Shown piece after piece: positions 1-9,866 of a stretch of DNA of 64,000 nucleotides. The translations under genes were made by a program, and so were the position numbers. Source of the stretch: Promethearchaeota archaeon (GTDB taxonomy: Archaea > Asgardarchaeota > Lokiarchaeia > Sigyniarchaeales > SOKP01); NCBI GenBank assembly GCA_016839915.1, contig JAEOTH010000151.1, positions 139 to 64,138 on the forward strand, given 5' to 3'. The notes beneath the pieces are model-generated. The model had not been told where the DNA came from. It saw only the letters and a list, made by a program, of their open reading frames with translations, and did no database searches. Each line of letters begins with the position of its first letter. Position 1 is the first letter of the stretch.

Positions 1-1216
1 GAGCTAGTAAATCCCCAATACCTTCTCTTTTACCTATCTTAGGCACAAGATCTACAATAAGATCAGCATCGCCAAAAGTAAGCACTAATCCATCTGTATC
101 TTCTTTTTTTAATATACCTTTCTCATAACATTCTATAGCAAATCCAATAGTATTTCCAGCAGAAATTACATCAAGTCCAAATTCATTGCACAGAAAATGG
201 GCTAAAGTGATTGCCTCTAAATTGTCAATACCACACATAGATCCAAAGGTTCCTATTGATTCAAATTCTGGACCTTCTCCAATACTCTTATATTTGCCTT
301 CCTTAATTTCAGCAATCCGTCCGCAAGCTATTGGACATGCAAAACAAGGTTTACGTGCTGCGAGAATAGTTTCATTGAGTGCTGTGCCATTTATTTTTTC
401 TAAATTTGGGAAAACTCCAGTTTGCCAATTTCTCGTTGGTAATCCTCCTTTAACACCTACTAAATCAACCATAGTAGCTGTTCCAAATACTTCAAGAGTC
501 ATTTTTAATAAACTTTGGTTAACCCAATCATATCTTTGTTTAGCTTCTGTTTTAAATTCATCTGGATTTGCCACTTCAATTTTTGTATTACCCATTGATG
601 CTATAGCTTTAACTTTCTTTGCGCCCATTACAGTACCCATACCACAACGTCCTGCAGCTCTACCATAGTATGGTTTGTCACAATCATTCATGATTGCAGC
701 GTATTTTACTAAGTTTTCCCCACCAATACCTATACAAGCCACATTGAACTTATCACCTAGCTCTTCTTTAATTATCCTAGTTGTTTCGGAAGTATTTTTA
801 CCCCAAAGATGTGTTGCATCTCTAAGTTCAGCATTTCCATTTTCTGTCACAAGATATACCGGTTTTGGTGAAATGCCTTCGAATATCACTCCATCAAAAC
901 CTGATCTCTTAAGATCTCTCCCCCAAAAACCAGCGGAATTTGCTTGCCCCCAGATACCAGTAAGAGGAGATTTAGCCACTACACTGTACCTGCCTGTACT
1001 TGGGGAAGGGGTTCCCGTTAATGGACCAGTCATAAAAATTAATTTATTTTCTGGTCCTAACGGATCTATCCCTTTAGGTACTTCATCAATTAAATATTTG
1101 GTAGCTAATCCTGCGCCTCCTAAATATAATTTTAACGTCTCTTCATCAGGAAATTCTTCATTGATTTTACCATTTGTCAAATCAATTCTTAGAATCTTTC
1201 CCATATAACCGTAAAT
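1..1216 (-). CDS. aor: Tungsten-dependent aldehyde:ferredoxin oxidoreductase family protein (3' end runs off the left edge of the window)
   Basis: Manual minus-strand translation gives (I)YGYMGKILRIDLT..., GRAAGRCGMGTVMGAKKVKAIA and GPEFESIGTFGSMCG...CNEFGLDVISAG. It is missing from the ORF track because there is no stop in the window. The first ATG is at 1204; an ATT at 1216 sits 7 nt after the SD-like GAGGTGA. Confidence 0.93.
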   Translation of the reverse strand, partial: MYGYMGKILRIDLTNGKINEEFPDEETLKLYLGGAGLATKYLIDEVPKGIDPLGPENKLIFMTGPLTGTPSPSTGRYSVVAKSPLTGIWGQANSAGFWGRDLKRSGFDGVIFEGISPKPVYLVTENGNAELRDATHLWGKNTSETTRIIKEELGDKFNVACIGIGGENLVKYAAIMNDCDKPYYGRAAGRCGMGTVMGAKKVKAIASMGNTKIEVANPDEFKTEAKQRYDWVNQSLLKMTLEVFGTATMVDLVGVKGGLPTRNWQTGVFPNLEKINGTALNETILAARKPCFACPIACGRIAEIKEGKYKSIGEGPEFESIGTFGSMCGIDNLEAITLAHFLCNEFGLDVISAGNTIGFAIECYEKGILKKEDTDGLVLTFGDADLIVDLVPKIGKREGIGDLLA

Positions 1217-1223
1217 TTTCTTT

Positions 1224-1230
1224 TCACCTC
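1224..1230 (-). promoter_or_regulatory. Shine-Dalgarno site (GAGGTGA) of aor
   Basis: tcacctc on the + strand reads GAGGTGA on the - strand, a match to the archaeal anti-SD, 7 nt upstream of ATT-TAC-GGT-TAT. Confidence 0.7.
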
Positions 1231-1428
1231 AAAATTAATTTTAACTTATTTTGCTATTTTAAATTTCAAGTAATTTAAAAAATTCAATTAATTAATTTTA
1301 TTCCTTTAATAATAAAATGGTTTCTATTTTTCAAAAAAACAAATTAATATAATTAACTTTTAGATTTTAATTAAGAATTCATAAATTTGAAAAGAGATAG
1401 AAGGAATAATTCAAAAAAGAAATAAAAA

Positions 1429-2568
1429 TTATACTCCAATTCCTATTGTATTACCAATGCCGGCAATAATTATTGTCGATCCTTTTTCTGTTCGCTTTCG
1501 GATAGCCATTTTTATTTTTTCGACAAATTTTGGAACAGATTGAGTTATAGGACGTTTCATAGTCGTAATTGCATCTTCTAATGACTGTTTGCAAATTAGG
1601 GCATCTATAGGGATCGATTTCCCTGTTGTTGACTCCTCGATGTAATGCTTTTCAATTCCTATGCCGCCTATAGCTGCTCCGACTCCGACTGCTATTGATC
1701 CAGTCTTATCTCCTGTAAGTTTTAATCCCGCATCAATCATAATTATCCTTGATATATTATCTCCATATTGATCAACTAAATTTTTAATAGCTTTACCTGG
1801 TTTTCCAACTGTTCCACCTGGACCTTTAGCTCGAACAATATATATTTTTCTCTCTTCAAAATTTATTTCTTGTACAATGGTATCTCTTACTGTTTCATTA
1901 GCAGAGACTTCTCCGTTTGTTACACTCCTTATAAAACTTGCTGCTACTAACGGTCCAAGCCCATCTCCAATTGGACTACCTTCAGAAAAAGCTTTAGCAG
2001 CGTGATAATAAGCTTTAGCCATACTCATAATAAGTCCTAATTGATATGAAATCTGGACTAATAGGATCATTGATTTTGATTTCTTCCCTAATATAAGATA
2101 ATGTCGAATTAGTCTATAAATAAAATCTATTGCCATAGTAGCTTCCACCAAGTTTTCCAAATTAGCTCTTTGAACAGTATCTGCATTTGGGGCTAATAAT
2201 TCTACTTCTTCTTTGAATCTATTGTCTCGAACATCAACAACATGATCAAATTTAGAAATAATTCCATATGGATCGAGAGAAACAGGAGAAATAGTGACGA
2301 AAGTAATGAAATCTTCAAGTTGGAACATTAAATCTTTCTGAGTTTTCTTTTTATCAGCAAATTCTTTGAAATTTGTGATTAATATTTCTTTACATTCATC
2401 ATTCCATTTTTTTAATTTTTCTAAACCAGTTTGGATTTCCTTAGACGCCTTCCATGCCTGTAATTTTTGTCCATAAAACATCGAAATAAAGATAAGCACG
2501 AACCACAATAAAGAGATAATAAGAGAAATTGGATCTGTACCTGTACCTGTTTGATAAATATTATTCAA
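1429..2568 (-). CDS. DUF1512 family membrane-anchored protein
   Basis: N-terminal TM helix; motifs PVSLDPYGI, PIGDGLGPLVA, AKGPGGTVGKPG, IDAGLKLTG, GAAIGGIG and GIGNTIGIG are typical of archaeal DUF1512. Confidence 0.8.
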   Translation of the reverse strand: MNNIYQTGTGTDPISLIISLLWFVLIFISMFYGQKLQAWKASKEIQTGLEKLKKWNDECKEILITNFKEFADKKKTQKDLMFQLEDFITFVTISPVSLDPYGIISKFDHVVDVRDNRFKEEVELLAPNADTVQRANLENLVEATMAIDFIYRLIRHYLILGKKSKSMILLVQISYQLGLIMSMAKAYYHAAKAFSEGSPIGDGLGPLVAASFIRSVTNGEVSANETVRDTIVQEINFEERKIYIVRAKGPGGTVGKPGKAIKNLVDQYGDNISRIIMIDAGLKLTGDKTGSIAVGVGAAIGGIGIEKHYIEESTTGKSIPIDALICKQSLEDAITTMKRPITQSVPKFVEKIKMAIRKRTEKGSTIIIAGIGNTIGIGV

Positions 2569-2686
2569 CTCTTTTTAAAATTGGTTTATGTTTGAAAACT
2601 TTAACCTATTAAATTTTTATAATAAAAAAATTTATTTATTCTTTTCGATTATAAAGCATAGAAAAGAAGAAATTACGACATATCCT

Positions 2687-3127
2687 ATGATTGAAGAAGA
2701 AGACGATGAGGAAATATTAAAAAAAGGAATTACGTTAAAAAGCTTTCTAAAGAATATTTTCTTTATTTTATTAATCATTTTAGGAGTATTACTGATATAT
2801 GTAGATATTGGGGTTGATCAATTAACGAGTTGGTCAATTGGCTTTATGTTAATTTGCTTTGGAGCTACACTTATTCAATTCCAGAAAAGTCCAGCAGAAC
2901 CGATAAGACAGACACTAACAATTCTAATCTGTAAGTTATGTGGTCTTACTAAAGTCAGAAATTATGAGAAAGGAGATTTCGTGTTTAAAAGGTTAGATAA
3001 GTGTGAAAAATGTGAAGATTTAATGGAGATCAAACAAATTTATTCTGTAAAATTAAAAAACCCTACTGAAAAGACCAAAACCCAAGAAGGTAAGAAAGAA
3101 AGTTTAAAAGTAAAAAAACAAAAATAA
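2687..3127 (+). CDS. Small two-TM membrane protein with C-terminal zinc ribbon (CKLC...CEKC)
   Basis: ORF 2588..3127; the in-frame ATG at 2687 is the more plausible start. Two hydrophobic helices followed by two CxxC pairs. Confidence 0.7.
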   Translation: MIEEEDDEEILKKGITLKSFLKNIFFILLIILGVLLIYVDIGVDQLTSWSIGFMLICFGATLIQFQKSPAEPIRQTLTILICKLCGLTKVRNYEKGDFVFKRLDKCEKCEDLMEIKQIYSVKLKNPTEKTKTQEGKKESLKVKKQK

Positions 3128-3163
3128 ATAATATCATTCTATACTTAGTAGGGTGGTTTTTAG

Positions 3164-3613
3164 ATTCTTAAAAAGGTTGGGTTAGGTGGAACATTCGATC
3201 ATCTCCACGAGGGGCATAAACTCTTATTGAAAACTGCTTTATCTATCTCTGAATTTGTTGAGATTGGATTAACTTCTCAGGATTTATTAAAAAATAAACA
3301 ATATTCCTCAAAATTAGAAGATTATCAAACCAGAAAAGAAAATTTAACAAATTATGTTAGCTCGATTACTGAATTAGATTGTGTTAATATTGTTGAAATA
3401 AAAAATTGGGATGATATGGATAAATATGCTCAAGATCCTGAATACGATGGACTAATTTTAAGTCAAGAAACATATGAAAATGCTTTAAAATTAAATGAAA
3501 ACAGAGAAAAAAAAGGATTAACACCACTTATATTGATTGTGATTCCTCTAATCAAAGATAAAAACAATAACAAAATTAGTTCTACTTCAATAAGAGAAAA
3601 AATGAAAAAATAA
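3164..3613 (+). CDS. coaD: Archaeal phosphopantetheine adenylyltransferase (cytidylyltransferase-like)
   Basis: In frame upstream of the track's TTG (3227) is KKVGLGGTFDHLHEGHKLLL (HxGH motif). It also has SQETY and a C-terminal ISSTSIRE. The frame is bounded by TAG at 3161-3163, so the start is probably ATT at 3164. Confidence 0.88.
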   Translation: MLKKVGLGGTFDHLHEGHKLLLKTALSISEFVEIGLTSQDLLKNKQYSSKLEDYQTRKENLTNYVSSITELDCVNIVEIKNWDDMDKYAQDPEYDGLILSQETYENALKLNENREKKGLTPLILIVIPLIKDKNNNKISSTSIREKMKK

Positions 3614-3620
3614 GAAGGTA

Positions 3621-4542
3621 TTAAAATTTGATTTTTAATTTTTTCTTGATAAGGATTGCTGAAATAACACCTATAATACCTAATAGTATAAATAAATGAT
3701 ATCCTGGAATTCCTGGTTCAGATGGTTCTGGTACTAGTATGACTATAATCGAATTTTCAGTCTCAATATGTCCAACCATATCTATTGCTTGATAAGTAAT
3801 CTCATAGACATCATAATTATATGCAGATAAATTGAATGGATTTGTATAAGTAATCCAGCTTGAATCATTGATTTTATATCTTATCAGTGAAACTCCTGAA
3901 CCCAAACCATCATCAGCAGTTATCGTAAAATCCGTTGATTTAAGTATAACATTCGATTCTCTGTAAGGAGTAAAAGAAATCATTGATACAGGAGGATTAA
4001 TGTCAACTGAAAAATATCTCAATTTTGATTGGTAAAATGTGCCAATAGAGTTATTCCCAAACACCTGAATTGTATGTGATCCATCATAAGTAGGGAAAGG
4101 TATTGTAGTATTTCCTAATAATGTTTTAATTAATTGACTATCTAATGAATACCCAATCCAATCTGTTGTAAAACTTGTATCAAAGCTAAGTAAAATTCCC
4201 TCATTCATATTATCTCCAATATTATAATTCGGGTCCCAAGAATATCCAATAGCATCCCAAAAAACCATCTATCCATCCTGGTGCCGTTTGACCTATAATT
4301 GCATCATCAAAACTATATGTTCCTGGATAATACCCACTCATTGGTGATGTGTAAGTTATGTTCTCAGGTGTAGTAATGTTAATTTGTGGTCCGCTAACTC
4401 TGAGATCAAATATTTCAATAGTTGTATCCGGACGATTCATACCATTAGAATCAAAATTAAATGAATTTGAGAATAAAGTAATATTGAAAGCAATAAATAA
4501 GGACATCAATAGAAGATAAACAAAAGATTTTTTTCTTAACAT
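3621..4542 (-). pseudogene. Frameshifted secreted surface protein with Ig-like/beta-rich domains and a Loki-CTERM-type sorting tail
   Basis: ORF 4222..4542 has a signal peptide. ORF 3621..4268 ends PGIPGYHLFILLGIIGVISAILIKKKLK. Removing one T from the minus-strand T6 run (4259-4264) joins them as GWIDGFWDAIGYSW. Confidence 0.75.
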
Positions 4543-4996
4543 AAGTTAAATTCGACCACTTTTTTTTGTCTAATTTGTAGTAAAAAATTATAGTTTAAGG
4601 GATAATTTAAAGCTTATTTTTCTTTTAATGATTTAGGAATTAGTAATTAACAATTACAGCTAAAATTTCAAAAATACTAGTTATAAAGAGATTTTAAAGA
4701 GAAAAAGCTAAAGTTTTTTACTAAAGTTTTGCATTTATATAAATAGGAAATGGATTCTTGCTGCATGATCATAATGGAATTATATCTACAGATAACTTGT
4801 TTGAAAGAAGAAGTCTATCAAGATTCATTTTTTCCAATTTTCTTTAATCTGCCAAGGGAATAATATATATATAATGAAATTAGTCTCTTGGCTACGGATT
4901 TTTTAGTTTTGTTTGTATTGAAATCGATATTTTTAGTATTTAAATAACATTAATCTTTCCAATTCGAGATCGGGCGATTTTTAATGACTAAATCCA

Positions 4997-5011
4997 CGAA
5001 AGATTTAAATA
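4997..5011 (+). promoter_or_regulatory. Putative archaeal BRE + TATA box upstream of pheS
   Basis: CGAAAGATTTAAATA, a purine-rich BRE followed by TTTAAATA, about 55 nt upstream of the pheS ATG. The AT-rich background weakens the call. Confidence 0.4.
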
Positions 5012-5066
5012 AATTAGAGATTATAGAAGATATAATAAGAATTGAAAAAAAAATTAGTTATAGTAA

Positions 5067-6602
5067 ATGACAATTAAACTAAAAAAACAAACAATCGAAA
5101 TTTTAAAAGTTTTAAAGAAGAAGCCTGATGAGATATTAGCAAAAGATCTTACAAAAGAATTGAAAATTGATTATATCGTACTCATGTCATCAACTAATGA
5201 TTTAATTGAACATGATTTAGGTGGGTTTAAAGAAAAAGAGATATATCAAATTTCTCTGAATAATGAAGGTGTTGATTATTTAACAAATGGGCTTCCTGAA
5301 CGTCAATTACTCAATATTATGTTAAAAAGTGATATTAAAGAAATAGGTATTGAAGAATTACTTAAAAAATCAAAATTACCAAAAATTATTTTTTATGTTG
5401 GTATCTCAAATTTGAAGAAAAACAAATGGATTGCTCAAAGCAAAGCTTCTGGAGAAAGTAAAATTTATCTCATTTCAGAAAAGTATCCTCAAACAGAAAT
5501 GGAATTATTCCTGCAAAAATTTGAAAAAAATAATATCATTGATTATTCTTCATTATCGAAAGAGGAAATAAAGCAAGTAGATCTGTTAAACAAACGAAAG
5601 TTGGTTAGGAAAAATCGCAAAACTCAGAGAATCATATATTTAACTGAAAAAGGGAAAAATTTATTAATTTCTGAAATTAAAGAATTAGGGCAAATCAGTA
5701 AGATCACTCCAGAAATGCTTAGATCAGGAACTTGGAAAAATTATGAATTAAAAACTTTTGATGTTTCTAAACCAGGACCTCTATTGAAAGCAGGGAAATT
5801 TCATCCTATGATCAATTTAATCAATGAAATCAGAGAAATTTTCTTATCAATGGGTTTCACTGAGATTAGAGGTCCTATTATAGAAAGTGCGTTTTATAAC
5901 TTTGATGCATTATTTCAACCGCAAGATCATCCCGCGCGAGAAATGCAAGACACATTTTATTTGAACAATCCAAAAGTTGCTAAATTACCTGAAAAGAATA
6001 GAGTTCAAGCGGTTAAAGAAACTCACGAAAACGGAGGAAATTCTGGATCAATTGGATGGGGTTATGAATGGGATGTCGACATAGCGAAAAAGACAGTTTT
6101 AAGGACTCATACTACTGCTACTACTATTAGGAGATTGGCACGGTTTTATAGAAATAACGAAAAAGTACCAGTCAAAGTGTTTTGTATTGATAGAGTGTTC
6201 AGAAATGAAAAAGTAGATAGATCCCATTTAGCAGAATTTACTCAAGTTGAAGGAATAGTTATTGATGAAAATGTAACTCTCTGTGATTTAATTGGATTAT
6301 TATCAGAATTCTACAGAAAATTAGGATTCAATAAAATTATTACTAGACCAGGATTTTTTCCTTACACAGAACCAAGTATGGAAGTTTCGGTCTACTATGA
6401 TAAAATAGGAGAATGGTTAGAGATGGGAGGTTCCGGGATTTTTAGACCAGAAGTCACATATCCGTGGGGAATCAAAGATCCAACTCGGGTTTTAGCATGG
6501 GGTCAAGGACTTGAGAGAATAGCTATGTTGTATTTTGATAGGAAAGATATTAGAGATTTATATATAAATCCAATTAAATGGTTAAGGAGTCAATCTTACT
6601 AA
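5067..6602 (+). CDS. pheS: Phenylalanine--tRNA ligase alpha subunit (archaeal/eukaryotic long form)
   Basis: NFDALFQPQDHPAREMQDTFY, LRTHTT, RVFRNE..D.SHLAEFTQVEG, FFPYTEPSME, GLERIAM; extended N-terminus. Confidence 0.98.
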   Translation: MTIKLKKQTIEILKVLKKKPDEILAKDLTKELKIDYIVLMSSTNDLIEHDLGGFKEKEIYQISLNNEGVDYLTNGLPERQLLNIMLKSDIKEIGIEELLKKSKLPKIIFYVGISNLKKNKWIAQSKASGESKIYLISEKYPQTEMELFLQKFEKNNIIDYSSLSKEEIKQVDLLNKRKLVRKNRKTQRIIYLTEKGKNLLISEIKELGQISKITPEMLRSGTWKNYELKTFDVSKPGPLLKAGKFHPMINLINEIREIFLSMGFTEIRGPIIESAFYNFDALFQPQDHPAREMQDTFYLNNPKVAKLPEKNRVQAVKETHENGGNSGSIGWGYEWDVDIAKKTVLRTHTTATTIRRLARFYRNNEKVPVKVFCIDRVFRNEKVDRSHLAEFTQVEGIVIDENVTLCDLIGLLSEFYRKLGFNKIITRPGFFPYTEPSMEVSVYYDKIGEWLEMGGSGIFRPEVTYPWGIKDPTRVLAWGQGLERIAMLYFDRKDIRDLYINPIKWLRSQSY

Positions 6603-6620
6603 AATGGGGGTTTAAAAGAA

Positions 6621-8297
6621 TTGCCAACATTAGAGCTTAAACTTGAAAGATTAGAAAAACTAGTTGGAAAAAAATTAGATATAAAAGAATTGGAATATGA
6701 TTTACAATGGATTGGCTTAGATTTAGAAGGTATAAACGAAGAAGAACAAAAAATTAAAGTTGAATATAATCCAAATAGACCTGATTACTCTAGCCCAGAA
6801 GGTATTGCCAGAACTCTTAAAGGATATTATGAAATTGAGTTAGGAATTCCTTCCTTTGAAATAGTACCTGGAAAAATTGAATTAAATGTTGATCCGAGCG
6901 TTAACAAAGTTAGACCGTATATAGTTTGTGGAGTAATTAGAGATATTGATTTGGATGAAGATGAGGTTGCCACTTTAATGACCATCCAAGAACACCTACA
7001 CTGGGCAATAGGACGAGATAGAAAAAAAGTAGCAATAGGTGTTCATGATCTTGATAAAATTACACCTCCTTATCGATATACAGCTGTTAAACCAGATTCT
7101 GTAAGTTTTATTCCATTACATGGTGATGGTTATCCTATGAATTTAGAAGAAATCTTATTATTACATGAGAAGGGGATTGAATATGCCCATATTTTAGAAG
7201 GAAAAGAAGTGTATCCTATAATTTTTGATAGTAATGATGAGGTTTTATCCTTTCCTCCGGTTATAAATGGAGTAATCACAACAGTTACAGATGATACCAA
7301 AAATCTATTTTTAGATTTAACTGGAACAGATTTTAAAGCTGTCAATTTAGCCTTAAATATTTTATCAACGACTTTAGCAGATATGGGAGCTAAAATTGAA
7401 AGTGTTAAAGTAAATTATGAGAAAGAGAAGGAAATTGTTACCCCCAATCTTAATCCTGAGAAGTTGCAAGTTGGGATTGATTACATTAACGATTATATAG
7501 GAATAAGTTTATCATCTAAGGAAATGATAAAATGTTTTAATAAAGTTAGATTAGATGTTAGACAATCTGCTAAAAAAGGATATTTAAATGTCTGGGTTCC
7601 TGCTTTTAGGGGGGATATAATGCATATCGTCGATTTGACTGAAGAATGTGCTATTGGATACGGATATGATAAATTACCACGAACTATTAGAGAAGGGTGC
7701 ATTGGAGAATATCATCCAATTCAAACTTTTTTAAATAAGATTCGAACTATAATGATAGGGGCAGGATATTTAGAAGTTTTGAACTTTATTTTATCAAACT
7801 CTGAGAAGCATTACAATTATATGAGGCATGAATTTGAAGAATCAAACCATGTACAGATTTTAAATCCAGTTTCAAAAGAATATAATACTACAAGAACAAG
7901 TATACTACCAAAATTATTGGAAACTCTTCTAAATAACCGTTCTGAGGAAAAACCGATAAGACTTTTTGAAGTAGGTGATATTCTTTTGCTAGATGATAGT
8001 GAAGAAACTGGTGCAAAAAGAGAAGTTCATCTTTCTGTTGTGACTTATCATGAAGATGCTGATTTTACAGAAATAAGATCTACATTAGATTTCATAATGA
8101 CGTCGCTTGGACTTTATAGTGATTTTGAGATTAAAACTGGGAAGAATGCTAGTTATATTAATGGTCGATATGGGGAAATTTATTGGAAAGGAATAAAAGT
8201 TGGAGAGATCGGTGAAATCCACCCTGATGTTTTATTAAATTTCAAATTGGAATTCCCTGTTGCCGCAATGGAATTGAATCTAGAAAAACTTTTTTAA
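6621..8297 (+). CDS. pheT: Phenylalanine--tRNA ligase beta subunit (archaeal type)
   Basis: NRPDYSSPEGIAR, GRDRKKVAIGVHDLD, VLSFPPVING, RGDIMH..D..EE.AIGYGY, GEIHPDVL; directly follows pheS. Confidence 0.97.
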   Translation: MPTLELKLERLEKLVGKKLDIKELEYDLQWIGLDLEGINEEEQKIKVEYNPNRPDYSSPEGIARTLKGYYEIELGIPSFEIVPGKIELNVDPSVNKVRPYIVCGVIRDIDLDEDEVATLMTIQEHLHWAIGRDRKKVAIGVHDLDKITPPYRYTAVKPDSVSFIPLHGDGYPMNLEEILLLHEKGIEYAHILEGKEVYPIIFDSNDEVLSFPPVINGVITTVTDDTKNLFLDLTGTDFKAVNLALNILSTTLADMGAKIESVKVNYEKEKEIVTPNLNPEKLQVGIDYINDYIGISLSSKEMIKCFNKVRLDVRQSAKKGYLNVWVPAFRGDIMHIVDLTEECAIGYGYDKLPRTIREGCIGEYHPIQTFLNKIRTIMIGAGYLEVLNFILSNSEKHYNYMRHEFEESNHVQILNPVSKEYNTTRTSILPKLLETLLNNRSEEKPIRLFEVGDILLLDDSEETGAKREVHLSVVTYHEDADFTEIRSTLDFIMTSLGLYSDFEIKTGKNASYINGRYGEIYWKGIKVGEIGEIHPDVLLNFKLEFPVAAMELNLEKLF

Positions 8298-8337
8298 ATT
8301 TTATTTCAGATTTAACCATTTTTTATGGTGATTATAA

Positions 8338-8619
8338 TTGAAAGAAAGCAATGTTTTTGAAAAAGAATTGGAAGCATATAGAAAAGAGATTGATAAGATT
8401 GATAATAAAATTATTGAACTCCTAAATAAAAGAGGGATAATTGCACAAAAAATTGGCAACCTTAAATATCAAATGAAAAAGGATTTATCTCAACCTCAAA
8501 GAGAAAAAGATATCATCGAACGAATAAAGGATAATTCAGGAATTTTAAAATCTGTGAGCATTGAAGCAATATGGAAGGAAATTATAAATGCGTGCAAGCT
8601 CATCCAAGATACTCCATGA
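8338..8619 (+). CDS. Chorismate mutase (AroQ type)
   Basis: LEAYRKEIDKIDNKIIELLNKR...IGNLK...QREKDII; GGTGA SD before the TTG start. Confidence 0.88.
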   Translation: MKESNVFEKELEAYRKEIDKIDNKIIELLNKRGIIAQKIGNLKYQMKKDLSQPQREKDIIERIKDNSGILKSVSIEAIWKEIINACKLIQDTP

Positions 8620-8693
8620 ATTGTTTAATCTATTTCTAAAAATTAGTTAAGGATTGATTTACTCAATATATTACATGAGTCTGATGCATTATA

Positions 8694-9488
8694 TTAAATC
8701 TCCATTATACCTACTTTAGCTTTATAGTTATAGGCATGTTTTTTATATTTTTCAGCAAATTTAACAAATGCATCATTCCAATTAATATCATCAGCAATAA
8801 TTATTCCTCCTTTTTTTAGAGACTTAATAACTTCATTAAATTCAAACCACATACAATCAAAAGAATGTTCACTATCATGGAAAAAAAGGTCAATAGATTT
8901 CAATTGCTTTAATAAACTTGGTAACTTTTCTTGACTTCTGCCTATGATTAATTTCCAATTTAATCTTAAATACTCCGGTATAATCCAGCCTGACTCTTTT
9001 CCCATTGGAACCGCCGCTCCCTTCTTTCCTTCCCAAAAATAGTTTGTATCATATTTTTTTTCTGTAAATTCAGGTAAATCAATGGAATATAATTTACCTT
9101 TTTCATTAATATATAAAGCATATAAAATAATCGCAGAAGAAACACCATTACACACTCCCGTTTCAACAAGAATTTCTGGTTTTCTTTTTCTTATGAGTGC
9201 ATATATAACCTCCATTTCCTCATATTTCATTGATCCAAATCCATACAAATTACCCCTAACAGTCTTTCCTTCAACATTTTTATAAAACCATTCTTCTTTT
9301 GACTTCAATTCGTCTATTAAACCACTTTCATATAATTCTTTTTTGAATTTCCGAAATTCATTTTTATTAAAGAAATTTGAAAGGATCTGGATCTTATCTT
9401 TATATATAGTACATTCTTTCTTAAAATATTTAAAAACTATAAAGGGATTTTTGATAACTTTTTTGATAGTTTTTAAATTTAATAACAT
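8694..9488 (-). CDS. Class I SAM-dependent methyltransferase (Methyltransf_24-like)
   Basis: LVETGVCNGVSS, LYSIDLP, IDLFFHDSEHS, GGIIIADD. Confidence 0.85.
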   Translation of the reverse strand: MLLNLKTIKKVIKNPFIVFKYFKKECTIYKDKIQILSNFFNKNEFRKFKKELYESGLIDELKSKEEWFYKNVEGKTVRGNLYGFGSMKYEEMEVIYALIRKRKPEILVETGVCNGVSSAIILYALYINEKGKLYSIDLPEFTEKKYDTNYFWEGKKGAAVPMGKESGWIIPEYLRLNWKLIIGRSQEKLPSLLKQLKSIDLFFHDSEHSFDCMWFEFNEVIKSLKKGGIIIADDINWNDAFVKFAEKYKKHAYNYKAKVGIMEI

Positions 9489-9776
9489 ACGAGGGAAAGT
9501 TAGTCAATATATATAAATCTATCTCTTCTTTAATTAAACATCAAAATATTTACGATCATGATTCGAAATCAGGAGTTGGCTATTGATTTACGGATTAATC
9601 GATTCAGAGTCTGGATTTTTTTTCTATTATGTGTTTTAAAAAGCAGGAAAAAAGTAAATAATCTAAAATAAATGAAAGAAATCAATTATTTACATATTTT
9701 TTTTTAGAAAAAGCTTGAATATATACATAGTATGTGATATTATGATATTATTTGATAATTGGTTTATAACCAACTA

Positions 9777-9812
9777 AATAAATTATTATAATACCTAATA
9801 AATTATTATAAT
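9777..9812. repeat. 16-bp direct repeat (AATAAATTATTATAAT x2, 20-bp period) in a divergent intergenic region
   Basis: Exact copies at 9777-9792 and 9797-9812. Confidence 0.6.
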
Positions 9813-9866
9813 TTAGTATATAATCAAGCAATTTTTAATAATAAAAAACACCTTTGTGAGAGTTTC

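Noticed and set aside
186-1208. Track ORFs 186..668 and 675..1208 (+)
   Set aside because: Antisense shadows of aor on the minus strand; no recognisable motifs.
4543-5066. ~520-bp gap upstream of pheS as a possible ncRNA, riboswitch or IS remnant
   Set aside because: No convincing stem-loop, terminal inverted repeat or translatable homology visible by eye.
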